A stretch of DNA of 64,000 nucleotides from Shigella phage Sf24. The stretch lies in sequence record MF327008; one strand, given 5' to 3'. The position numbers and the translations under genes were made by a program. Under the pieces are notes generated by a model, which was not told the origin of the DNA, ran no database searches, and worked only from the letters and a program-made list of their open reading frames with translations. Positions 1-9,687 of the stretch are shown here, piece by piece (the first letter of the stretch is position 1; each line of letters begins with the position of its first letter).

Positions 1-1664
1 TCTTTGGCGAGCTTAATGGATGCTTTAATGAGTCCATACTGTAATCTCTCAAATAGCTCATGTGTTAAATCGTTAGCATCTTCATAAGAAGCAAAGTTAC
101 TTGCCAGCCAAGCTGCATAGTTAGTAACACCTACACCAAGGTTTCGACGCTTTTTAGCTTTTTCTGCTTCAGGAACTGGATATCCTTGATAATCCAAAAG
201 ATTATCAAGAGCACGAACTTGAACTTCTGCCAATTCATTAATTTTATCTTGGTCTTGCCAGTCAAAATTATCTAGTACGAATGCAGAGAGAGTACACAAT
301 CCAATTTCAGCATCAGGACTATTCACATCATTTGTTGGAATAGCAATTTCACAGCACAAGTTACTCTGACGAATAGGTGCCTTTTCACGAATAAACGGAG
401 TATAGTTATTCGTATTATCAATGAACTGTACATAAATCCTTGCTGTTCCTGAGCGTTCAGTCATGAGCAATTCAAATAGTTCACGGGCTTTAATACGCTT
501 TTTACGAATATTAGGGTCTTTTTCTGCTGCTTCATATAATTCACGGAAACGGTCTTGGTCTTTAAAATAAGAATAATAAAGCTCGCCACCCATTTCATGC
601 GGACTGAACAAAGTAATGTAATCGTTCTTTCCGAATCGTTCCATCATTAGGTCATTCAGTTGAACGCCATAATCCATATGACGGATACGGTTTTCTTCTA
701 CACCTTTGTTATTTTTCAAAACGAGAAGATTTTCAACTTCCAAATGCCAAATAGGATAATAAGCAGTAGCAGCGCCGCCACGAATTCCACCCTGTGAGCA
801 TGATTTAACAGCAGTCTGAAAATGTTTCCAAAAAGGAATAACACCAGTATGACGCACTTCACCTGTGCCAATCTTAGAACCTTCGGCACGAATCATACCA
901 ACGTTAATACCAATTCCAGCGCGTTTGGAGATATATTCAACAATTGAAGCGGAAGCCTTATTGATAGACTTTAATGAATCACCTGCCTCAATAACAACGC
1001 ATGAACTAAACTGTCGAGTCGGAGTACGACAACCAGCCATAATAGGAGTTGGCAATGAAATCTGTCGAGTAGATACTGCTTCATAAAAACGAATAACATG
1101 TTTTAATCTATCAACAGGTTCATCTTGATGCAGTGCCATTCCAATAGTCATAAATGCAAACTGTGGAGTTTCATAAATTTGACCAGTGGTTTTATCTTTA
1201 ACTAGATATTTTTCTTTTAATTGCATCGCCCCGGAATAAGTAAATTCCATATCCCGCTCATGCTTAATTTTTGATTCTAAAAATGTAATTTCTTCTGCTG
1301 AATATTTTGACAATAATTCAGGGTCGTATTTACCTTCATTTACACAGTAAGAAATATGGTCAATAAATGAACGTGGTTCATACTGCCCGTAAACATGCTT
1401 ACGAAGAGCAAACATTAAACAACGTGCAGCTACATATTGGTAATCAGGCTCTTCAACCGAAATAGAATTCGCAGCGGCCTTAATGACAATAGTTTGAATG
1501 TCATCAGTTGTCATTCCATCACGGAGATATGATTTAATATTTTCATATAATTCATAAGGATCTACAGATGTTCCTTCAGCTGCCCAAGATAAAACTTTAA
1601 TAATTTTTTGTGGGTCAAAGCTCTGAGAAACACCACTACTTTTGATAACATTAATTAATTGCAT
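1..1664 (-). CDS. nrdA: Ribonucleotide reductase large subunit NrdA, N-terminal ~554 codons; 3' end lies beyond window start
   Basis: Minus-strand frame opens with ATG at 1664 ([16 protein letters not shown]...) and stays open to position 1; class Ia RNR alpha-like sequence; absent from ORF track because truncated. Confidence 0.85.
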   Translation of the reverse strand, partial: MQLINVIKSSGVSQSFDPQKIIKVLSWAAEGTSVDPYELYENIKSYLRDGMTTDDIQTIVIKAAANSISVEEPDYQYVAARCLMFALRKHVYGQYEPRSFIDHISYCVNEGKYDPELLSKYSAEEITFLESKIKHERDMEFTYSGAMQLKEKYLVKDKTTGQIYETPQFAFMTIGMALHQDEPVDRLKHVIRFYEAVSTRQISLPTPIMAGCRTPTRQFSSCVVIEAGDSLKSINKASASIVEYISKRAGIGINVGMIRAEGSKIGTGEVRHTGVIPFWKHFQTAVKSCSQGGIRGGAATAYYPIWHLEVENLLVLKNNKGVEENRIRHMDYGVQLNDLMMERFGKNDYITLFSPHEMGGELYYSYFKDQDRFRELYEAAEKDPNIRKKRIKARELFELLMTERSGTARIYVQFIDNTNNYTPFIREKAPIRQSNLCCEIAIPTNDVNSPDAEIGLCTLSAFVLDNFDWQDQDKINELAEVQVRALDNLLDYQGYPVPEAEKAKKRRNLGVGVTNYAAWLASNFASYEDANDLTHELFERLQYGLIKASIKLAK

Positions 1665-1981
1665 AAGTCCTCAACTTGAAAATCGTCTTTAAACAATCGG
1701 TTAACTATATGAGCTATTATATCACCATGACACGGCTTTGGTTTACATGTGCATCCTAGCCTCATTCCACGTAAAGGCTCTAAATGTGCTTTAGTTATTT
1801 CTCCGGATTTAATTCGACGTATAAAATCTTTTTTGAATAATTCAATGGCAGCCTCCCGGCTGCCAGCATCTTTACCGACGTAATTTCCCCAAAATGTACC
1901 GCGGTGAATATTAACATCAAAGTCGGATTTGTATTTATTCACTACCCGGCATAGACGGCCCACGCTGGAATAATTCGTCAT
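1655..1981 (-). CDS. Hypothetical protein, 108 aa, Cys/His motif [12 protein letters not shown] (DUF4326-like)
   Basis: ORF track; overlaps nrdA start by 10 nt; position corresponds to T4 nrdA.x small ORFs. Confidence 0.55.
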
Positions 1982-2198
1982 ATTGTTTTTCCGTTAATAC
2001 AGTAATATCATAGTAACAATCGGAAGAAGTTTTAACTGTGGAAATTTTATTATCAAAATACTCACGAGTCATTTTATGAGTATAGTATTTTTTACCATAA
2101 ATGGTAATAGGCTGTTCTGGTCCTGGAACTTCTAACTCGCTTGGGTTAGGAAGTGTAAAAAGAACAACGCCAGAAGTATCTTTAAATCGTAAAATCAT
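1935..2198 (-). CDS. Hypothetical protein, 87 aa
   Basis: ORF track; tightly packed between td and the 108-aa ORF, stop/start overlaps. Confidence 0.45.
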
Positions 2199-3055
2199 AT
2201 TGCCATTTTCCCTTTAATTACTGGATGCGATTCATAATTTTCAAGGATAAAATCTTTCGGTTTCATGTATTCAGTTAACCAGTAAAGCTGTGTTTCGGTG
2301 TCACAATTTCCAAACTCTATAGGCCAATCAATTTTAAGTTCACATAGTTCTTTAGGCTCACGACGTAAAATTTCTTTACATTGTGCAGTATGATTCATAT
2401 AGATGTGAGTATTACCGCCAGAAAATATCAAATCTCCTGGGATAAGATTACACATCTTAGCCACAATATGCGTCAAGGCAGCGTACGAGGCAATGTTGAA
2501 TGGCAAGCCCAAGAAAACATCTACACTTCTTTGGTACCATTGTAAATCAAGATAACCATTACGCACATTAAACTGATAGAACATATGACAGGGCGGTAAT
2601 GCCATTTGATTGATTTCAGCTGGATTCCATGCTGAAACGATTTGACGTCGATCAGTTGGTAATTTTTTAATACGATCAATAGTTTCAACTAATTGATCCA
2701 CACCACCGAAATCACGCCATTGTTTACCGTATATAGGACCAAGTTCACCACTATGATATCCTAGGTCTTTAGCCTGGTTTTCATAGTTATCGTCCCAAAT
2801 AGTTTTACCTTGAATAAGACTACCATGAGTGCGAAGACGTAAATCATTAACATTGGTAGAACCGGAAATAAACCATAGAAGCTCAGCAATGCATGCATTC
2901 CAGGCGAGCTTTTTAGTTGTTACTGCAGGAAAACCTTTAGTTAAATCCCAGCGTAATTTAGTACCGAACAAAGCAATTGTTCCTGTGCCTGTTCGGTCAT
3001 CGGTTTCATAGCCATTTTCAAAAATGTCTTTAATTAAATCTTGGTATTGTTTCAT
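2195..3055 (-). CDS. td: Thymidylate synthase, 286 aa, uninterrupted
   Basis: ORF track; [17 protein letters not shown]..., active-site region [10 protein letters not shown]; full-length contiguous reading frame. Confidence 0.95.
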
Positions 3056-3099
3056 TTAGTACCTTATATAAATTATAATACACTTTATGAAGCTAATAA

Positions 3100-3459
3100 T
3101 TAATACGGTTTAGCATCAAATTTTCTCTCAATTTCAGGCGTGAAATATAATTCTTTACCGCGTTTGGAAAAGCGACCAATAATATGATAATTATTCTCAT
3201 CAAACGTAATATTACCAATATCCATAGCTTTCAACCAAATATCGATATTTCTATCCAGCTTTATGTCAAAATTCCAATACGGAGAACTATTACCGAAAAT
3301 ACTGCAAGCGGATTCAGTGAAACAACTGCTATAAATCTTGTCTTTAGGAACTACTAATTGATAGACACCTTTAATAAACTGAGGACCCTGCCACTTTGGC
3401 TGTTTCGCGTCTTTTTCTAATAAAATAGGGTAATAATTAAAATTCATATTTTCCGCCAC
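3100..3459 (-). CDS. Hypothetical protein, 119 aa, between frd and td
   Basis: ORF track; no recognisable motif; own sigma70-like -10 (TATAAT) lies between it and td. Confidence 0.45.
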   Translation of the reverse strand: MAENMNFNYYPILLEKDAKQPKWQGPQFIKGVYQLVVPKDKIYSSCFTESACSIFGNSSPYWNFDIKLDRNIDIWLKAMDIGNITFDENNYHIIGRFSKRGKELYFTPEIERKFDAKPY

Positions 3460-3467
3460 GCGTTATT

Positions 3468-4294
<827 letters not shown>

Positions 4295-4305
4295 ATTATC
4301 TCCTA

Positions 4306-4638
4306 TTAAAAAGGATCAGGAACATATCCACTAGCTTTAATCATTTTAACTAATGTTACCATTCCTTTGTTAACTGCTTGTGAGATTTCATCAAAAACTT
4401 CATCATTAAAAAGTTCTAGCACACCCTTCTGAACTTTTAATTTACAGCCAACAATTTCGTCATCGCCTATAGTAAATTCATTACCACCAATTCCACCGAA
4501 AAACTTAATTACACCAGTTAACTGTCTTCCACGAGAATATGGGTCGTGTGATAAAGTAATATGAGTCACCCCGGGTACAGTTTTAAATTGGCAGCGAATA
4601 TTTACTTGTGAAATTCCAGTTACATGAATGTCAGACAT
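4306..4638 (-). CDS. Hypothetical protein, 110 aa
   Basis: ORF track; tight spacing in early operon. Confidence 0.45.
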   Translation of the reverse strand: MSDIHVTGISQVNIRCQFKTVPGVTHITLSHDPYSRGRQLTGVIKFFGGIGGNEFTIGDDEIVGCKLKVQKGVLELFNDEVFDEISQAVNKGMVTLVKMIKASGYVPDPF

Positions 4639-4648
4639 AATATTTTCC

Positions 4649-4891
4649 TCAAATAGACTTTTTCACAATTTTCCAATCAGCTTTAAACTGATCAACGTCA
4701 GAATGATAAATCCAGAATCCTGCGCTTTCTCCATCCTCATAAAGAGGGCATCTATCACATTCATCTTCCCATCCCATATCACGCAAAAGATGTTCAGCTT
4801 TTTCAACAAGTTCAGAATCTTTACCGATGATATTAAAATACCATTTACCTTTAACTTCCGAATCTTTGATGCTCTGACGTTGTAATCTCAT
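4649..4891 (-). CDS. Hypothetical protein, 80 aa
   Basis: ORF track; tight spacing in early operon. Confidence 0.45.
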   Translation of the reverse strand: MRLQRQSIKDSEVKGKWYFNIIGKDSELVEKAEHLLRDMGWEDECDRCPLYEDGESAGFWIYHSDVDQFKADWKIVKKSI

Positions 4892-4989
4892 TTTATTCTC
4901 CTTAGCAAGCTTTAATCAAAAGATATAAACAGACCAACATAACTGCTGCCATAATATAAGGTGCGAACATTTTCTTTTCTCCATTAGTT

Positions 4990-5045
4990 TTGATAGGGTA
5001 ATAGTATCACACTACTACCCTTCTGTAAACTACTTTTTGAAAGTT
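4990..5045 (-). promoter_or_regulatory. T4-type early promoter (sigma70-like)
   Basis: Minus strand reads GTTTACA - 17 bp - TACTAT followed by conserved TACCCTATCAAAAC-like start region; upstream A/T tract. Confidence 0.5.
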
Positions 5046-5410
5046 TTTCGCAAAAGTTCAATGATTTCATCTACATTGTTTTCGTCAACAATGCAGTGAA
5101 TTTTTGTTACGCCAGAAACCTTGTCTTTGACTTCATCTTCTTCAGAAGTCGGTTCTTTATACTCACGAAAACAATGAAATTCATCTTCGCAAATTTCTAA
5201 AAGTCTATCTTTGAGGTAAAAATGCTTTCCATTTGCGCATTCAATGTGTTTTACTGCTTTATATCCATTAGCGACGGAAACTTCTTTAACTTCAAACCAT
5301 CCGCCATTCTCTCGAATGGCTTTAACTATTGATGAATTAGAACGTGGGCTATAATTAATAAATGTATCAATAAGTCTTGGAACAAGTTCATACTTTTTAC
5401 CGGTATACAT
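5030..5410 (-). CDS. Hypothetical protein, 126 aa
   Basis: ORF track. Confidence 0.45.
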   Translation of the reverse strand: MYTGKKYELVPRLIDTFINYSPRSNSSIVKAIRENGGWFEVKEVSVANGYKAVKHIECANGKHFYLKDRLLEICEDEFHCFREYKEPTSEEDEVKDKVSGVTKIHCIVDENNVDEIIELLRKTFKK

Positions 5411-5454
5411 TACGGTTTCCTCATTTTAATAGGGGCTTGATAGCCCCTTGATAA

Positions 5455-5682
5455 TTATTGTTCAATCAATCCCATGTAAAATTCTGCGTCTTCAGAATCC
5501 ATGCCATCACAATATTCATTAGCCATAAAGCGGGTGAGGTCTTCAAGAGGACCTTCAATAACGATTTGAATACTCCAAAACTTAGAATCTTGCACGCTTG
5601 TGATACTAAGTTCAGGATAACGATTACGAATAATTTCTTCAATATATTCAAAATCAACGATGTCAATATCAACTTTAGCCAT
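5455..5682 (-). CDS. Hypothetical protein, ~75 aa; start reassigned to internal Met preceded by AGAGGA
   Basis: ORF track ORF 5455..5745 runs through the early promoter; Met at 5682 has a Shine-Dalgarno 7 nt upstream. Confidence 0.4.
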   Translation of the reverse strand: MAKVDIDIVDFEYIEEIIRNRYPELSITSVQDSKFWSIQIVIEGPLEDLTRFMANEYCDGMDSEDAEFYMGLIEQ

Positions 5683-5715
5683 ATTATTTTCCTCTTTAAT
5701 CATCAGCAGTATTGC

Positions 5716-5779
5716 CGATAGTTGTATAGTACCACGGAAGAACAAGGATGTAAACCGTTTTGTGAAAAAAATTTTTGAA
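5716..5779 (-). promoter_or_regulatory. T4-type early promoter with A/T UP element
   Basis: Minus strand AAAAATTTTTTCACAAAACGGTTTACATCCTTGTTCTTCCGTGGTACTATACAACTATC: -35 TTTACA, 17-bp spacer, -10 TACTAT; member of repeated promoter family. Confidence 0.6.
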
Positions 5780-5806
5780 ATAAAAAGGGGACCTCTAGGG
5801 TCCCCA
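5780..5806 (-). terminator. Rho-independent terminator downstream of gene 32
   Basis: GC hairpin GGGGACC-CTAG-GGTCCCC (5787-5805) followed on the minus strand by TTTTTATTT. Confidence 0.7.
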
Positions 5807-5827
5807 ATTAATTAGTAATATAATCTA

Positions 5828-6733
5828 TTAAAGGTCATTCAAAAGGTCATCCAGGTCCGTGTCATCAGCACTAGATGAACTACCAGAGCTTGAGCTCATA
5901 AAATCATCTTCAGTTTTTGTATTGAAGTCATCAACATTGAATGCATCCAAATCATCAGCAACTTTATCAGCTTTCTTAGCAGCAGTTGCAGCGGCACCGC
6001 CCATCACAGCAGTTCCCATAACTTGACCGAATTTAGTATTCAGTTCTTCAAACGATTTGAATTTATCTTTAGAAGTCATTTCAGAAAGGTCAACCATTTG
6101 TTCGAACAGTTCTTTCTGGAAAGATTCATCGTCAATGTTTGGAATCGCAGATTGATTCAGGAATTTAGATTCGTCGTAGTTACTAAATCCAGAAACTTGT
6201 TTAACTTTCAGTACAAAGTTAGCACCTTCCCACGGACAAGTTACATCAACCGGAGTTTCACCCATTTCAACATCAACTGCAATCATTGCATTGATTTTAT
6301 CCCAGATTTTCTTACCGAAACGGTATTTAAATACTTTACCTTCATTTTCTGGAGCAGCTGGGTCTTTTACAACAAGAATGTTAGCCCAGTAAGAAGTTTT
6401 ACGTTTAACAAGACCGTATTCTTTATTGTCAGTGTTGTACAAATCATTTTTACTGATATACTGACATACTGGGCAAGAATCGTAATCACCATGGGTAGAT
6501 GAACATGTTTCAATATACCATTTACCATTTTTCTTGAAACCGTGATTTACAAGAATTGCGAATGGTGCTTGTTCATCATTTTTAGACGGAAGAAAACGAA
6601 TTACTGCTTGACCGTTACCCGCATTATCGAGTTTCAGTTTCCACTCGCCTTTATCTTCAGAAGAAAAACCTTTATTGCCATTCAGTTTAGCCATTTGTGC
6701 AGCAAGTTCAGCAGTAGATTTACGTTTAAACAT
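5828..6733 (-). CDS. 32: Single-stranded DNA-binding protein gp32, 301 aa
   Basis: ORF track; [17 protein letters not shown]..., zinc site [14 protein letters not shown], acidic C-terminus. Confidence 0.95.
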
Positions 6734-6790
6734 TTTATTTCCTTTTTAACTTAATTTAATTAACAGTTGGTGCTATGACACTTTACCTCA
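6734..6790 (-). promoter_or_regulatory. Gene 32 5' leader / putative gp32 translational operator
   Basis: Unstructured A/T-rich leader (minus strand TTAATTAAATTAAGTTAAAAAGGAAATAAAATG) directly upstream of the 32 start; T4 gp32 autoregulates on such a leader. Confidence 0.45.
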
Positions 6791-7420
6791 TAGCTGGCAT
6801 AATTTGCAATACTCTGGGTCTTCGAGAGGTATCCAACCTGAGTTGAAATACTTTACCATCGATTTAGCAGTTGTATCAGTTATATTTATATTACCTTTAA
6901 CTCTTCGCCATCCAGGAGTTTTACCGTACAGATTAGAGGATAATAATAACACATAATTCTCATAAGCAATATGAGATAATTTCCAAGACTCTATATTAGC
7001 TCGTGATGTTTTCCAAGGTCTAAAATCGTCACGGTTCATATAATTAGCCAATCTCATATGCTCTCTAACTTCCGGGTCTTTGGCTGGATGAGTTTCACCA
7101 CTCACACCAAATCCACCACCAGCATATACCAGATTAAAATAGTCTGGATTATCTCTGGCATTTACTTCAAGTTGGTATTTTCGTTCTTCTTCAATAACAT
7201 CCAAGTCATCATCAATTTGAATTATTTTAACACTCGGTTTTTGAAGCATTAGCGCATTCAAAAATCTTTTTTGTTTACATGAGCTCCAGTATTCCTTTCC
7301 GGAAGAGTCATATATTATTCCGTTCTCAAATGAGCAATTTAATTTACTACCGATATAGTAGTATGGTGGAGTCTTATTTTTGACACGGTCTTCAAATGTA
7401 AACCAATATACTATATTCAT
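6788..7420 (-). CDS. segG: GIY-YIG family endonuclease, seg-like (free-standing homing endonuclease), 210 aa
   Basis: ORF track; N-terminal IVYWF...YYIGS resembles GIY-(10-11)-YIG; location between 32 and 59 matches T4 segG. Confidence 0.5.
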   Translation of the reverse strand: MNIVYWFTFEDRVKNKTPPYYYIGSKLNCSFENGIIYDSSGKEYWSSCKQKRFLNALMLQKPSVKIIQIDDDLDVIEEERKYQLEVNARDNPDYFNLVYAGGGFGVSGETHPAKDPEVREHMRLANYMNRDDFRPWKTSRANIESWKLSHIAYENYVLLLSSNLYGKTPGWRRVKGNINITDTTAKSMVKYFNSGWIPLEDPEYCKLCQL

Positions 7421-7421
7421 A

Positions 7422-8075
7422 TCAATACTTACAAGATTTCACAGTTTCAATGAAAACATTTTTAGCTTTCTGTGAATCAATATTTAAAATTTTTCTATAA
7501 GCCTTTAACTTTATAGAATAATTATTCCAGACTAAATTATCAGTCTGTTCATCATGTTTATCAATTATATTTAAAAATGAATCAAGCAAGATAAACGTCT
7601 CAAACGAAATTATGTTCGATTGCAGAAGTTTAAAAATATAACTTGATTGAACTTTTGGATTATACTCAAAGATTTCTTTAAAAGCAGAAACTTCAACTTT
7701 TTTACTAAAATAATAAATGTTGCGAATATCTTCTTCAAACTTAAATTTAATTTGCTTTAAGCGTCCGATATATTCACGATAAAACACAAGTGCATCAGCG
7801 TCAGAGATGTCACCAATCCAAGCATCTTGGTTAGCAACCAAATTGCTTATAAAGATTAAAGCAAGTTCCTTTAATTTATATTTTTCTGATAACTTCTGGA
7901 AAAAATACTTATCCCTTCGCTTTTGATAAGCGGCATCAGACACCCGCATGCACCAATTATACTTAATAACATCATACTTTCCATTCATATGCTGTTTTAT
8001 CATTAAGTATAATTTATAAACTGATTTACCATCAATGTATCTTTCACCACCAGCAGGCATGCGGAGTTTAATCAT
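7422..8075 (-). CDS. 59: Helicase loader gp59, 217 aa
   Basis: ORF track; matches T4 gp59 as recalled; synteny 32-59-33. Confidence 0.9.
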   Translation of the reverse strand: MIKLRMPAGGERYIDGKSVYKLYLMIKQHMNGKYDVIKYNWCMRVSDAAYQKRRDKYFFQKLSEKYKLKELALIFISNLVANQDAWIGDISDADALVFYREYIGRLKQIKFKFEEDIRNIYYFSKKVEVSAFKEIFEYNPKVQSSYIFKLLQSNIISFETFILLDSFLNIIDKHDEQTDNLVWNNYSIKLKAYRKILNIDSQKAKNVFIETVKSCKY

Positions 8076-8410
8076 AGCAGAAAATCTAATGTATTAGTTT
8101 TTTCACAACGAACAACAGAAGGACGTAAAAGATTTTCGTCGATAGCTTCTGACTGAATTTTTTCAATTATACCCGAAGGAATAAATTTAGCAAATTGAGT
8201 TTCAGGAATAGAATTTTCTTCTAAGAACGCTGTTGTAGCTTCAAGATAACTCATTCCAAACTCTTCTACCATTTTTTCAATAATAAATCCATTTTCTTGG
8301 CGGTCAAGAAGCTTTGCTATTTCATCCTTTTCTTTCTTAATTGAAAGTTCTTTTTCTGAAAGACCGGTCTCATCGACCGGACGAATATCATTTAGAGAAA
8401 ACTGTGTCAT
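8072..8410 (-). CDS. 33: Late transcription co-activator gp33, 112 aa
   Basis: ORF track ORF 8072..8419; start placed at MTQFSLND (Met at 8410) by comparison with T4 gp33. Confidence 0.85.
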   Translation of the reverse strand: MTQFSLNDIRPVDETGLSEKELSIKKEKDEIAKLLDRQENGFIIEKMVEEFGMSYLEATTAFLEENSIPETQFAKFIPSGIIEKIQSEAIDENLLRPSVVRCEKTNTLDFLL

Positions 8411-8657
8411 AAAGTTCAACTACCTCTTCAGTTTCAGCTTCAAACACATCACGGTTATCTTTATGATACAAAGCTAACAGACGATTAAACATCTTACCAT
8501 CAACGCCAAGTTCATCTTTGGCACGAATTCGAATATCTTTAATCAATTCATTATAACCAGAAATTTTCAGTTTATGATCAGATGCTTCTTTAATAAATTT
8601 AGCTAAGTCTTCGCCATGGATAGCTTCATCAAATTCAACCATTTCTTTTTTAGCCAT
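8388..8657 (-). CDS. dsbA: dsDNA-binding protein DsbA, 89 aa
   Basis: ORF track; size and position as in T4. Confidence 0.8.
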   Translation of the reverse strand: MAKKEMVEFDEAIHGEDLAKFIKEASDHKLKISGYNELIKDIRIRAKDELGVDGKMFNRLLALYHKDNRDVFEAETEEVVELYDTVFSK

Positions 8658-8665
8658 TATTCACC

Positions 8666-9583
8666 TCAAAATTCATTAATGCTATTAGTTAATTTAGAAA
8701 GACCCGCTTTTACAAAATATGAATAAATTTTGCCACGCGGTGGTAATTTATATGAATTATAGTAATTCACAATGTTTGAAGCAATATTATCAGGAATATA
8801 ATCAAAATCAATTAGAACTAAATTTTCTTTATAACGATTATATTCAGATTCAGTGAGAAGCACCTTAGCTTGCTCACGGTCATTAGCAATAGCTTCAACA
8901 ATAGAGGTTTTCATTGAAGGAGTTCGTTCACCTTCAACTCTAGTAAACCAAAAGTCAGACCGTACTTTAACTGAAGCAACGTTATCCTTTTTGTCACCTT
9001 TAAGGATTTTAGTCATACAGTCAATTTCAGCAGAACCGCTTTTAATTTTAACCCATTTCTTGTGCATCGGTGACCATTGCTTAACATTTGGGTATTTATG
9101 AAGTTGAGTAAAGTCACCATCCGATGAAATGATTAAAATCTTGTGTCCTTCTAAAGAGAACTTTTTAACAAGAACAGCAATATGGTCATCTGCTTCATAC
9201 TTATCAATATCCATAACAATGTATGGCATATAAGCTTTCAATTCATCTATAACTTTATGACTGGATTCAAAATAACCTTCCCAGTCCCAAGTAGATTCTT
9301 CTCGTGCTTTTCCACGGTTTTTCTTATAATAATAAGCAAAATCACGACGCCAATATCCAGATTTCGCGTTATCAATACACAATACAATTTTAGTGTATCC
9401 AAGAGCTTTTGCTTTTTTGACATTAAACTTAATTGAGTTCAATATCAAATGACGAACCATTGATAAATTAATTTTTTCTTTATCTGGAAAGTTTACCAAA
9501 GCAGTTGAAAGCGCAATTTGACTAAAGTCAATTAAGCAGATTCCTTCTTTGTAATCTTCATCCAGCATCATTTCTAAATCCAT
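8666..9583 (-). CDS. rnh: RNase H (FEN-like 5' nuclease), 305 aa
   Basis: ORF track ORF 8666..9598; start taken at MDLEMML (9583) as in T4 RNase H. Confidence 0.9.
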   Translation of the reverse strand: MDLEMMLDEDYKEGICLIDFSQIALSTALVNFPDKEKINLSMVRHLILNSIKFNVKKAKALGYTKIVLCIDNAKSGYWRRDFAYYYKKNRGKAREESTWDWEGYFESSHKVIDELKAYMPYIVMDIDKYEADDHIAVLVKKFSLEGHKILIISSDGDFTQLHKYPNVKQWSPMHKKWVKIKSGSAEIDCMTKILKGDKKDNVASVKVRSDFWFTRVEGERTPSMKTSIVEAIANDREQAKVLLTESEYNRYKENLVLIDFDYIPDNIASNIVNYYNSYKLPPRGKIYSYFVKAGLSKLTNSINEF

Positions 9584-9604
9584 ATGAACCTCGTTCAATT
9601 AGTG

Positions 9605-9645
9605 AGATTTCTATTATATACCATCCGAATCTTAAAGTAAACAAG
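9605..9645 (-). promoter_or_regulatory. Early promoter for rnh
   Basis: Minus strand TTTACT - 17 bp - TATAAT immediately upstream of the rnh leader. Confidence 0.45.
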
Positions 9646-9653
9646 TATAAATA
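9646..9653 (+). promoter_or_regulatory. Late promoter core TATAAATA for gene 34
   Basis: Exact TATAAATA 35 nt upstream of the gene 34 ATG, followed by AGGAG RBS. Confidence 0.6.
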
Positions 9654-9687
9654 CTTATTATTGAAAACACAATAGGAGCCCGGGAGA

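Noticed and set aside
2195-3055. Looked for a group I intron and intron-encoded homing endonuclease in td, as in T4
   Set aside because: td is one uninterrupted 286-codon frame with no insertion, so no intron is present.
6023-6502. Plus-strand 159-aa ORF and similar antisense ORFs (5458..5721, 16424..16705, 18466..18786, 24475..24825, 33510..33800, 57591..57935, 61796..62212, 62862..63089)
   Set aside because: They lie entirely inside well-supported genes on the opposite strand, have low-complexity A/T-codon composition (F, I, N, K rich) and no RBS; typical antisense artefacts in AT-rich DNA.
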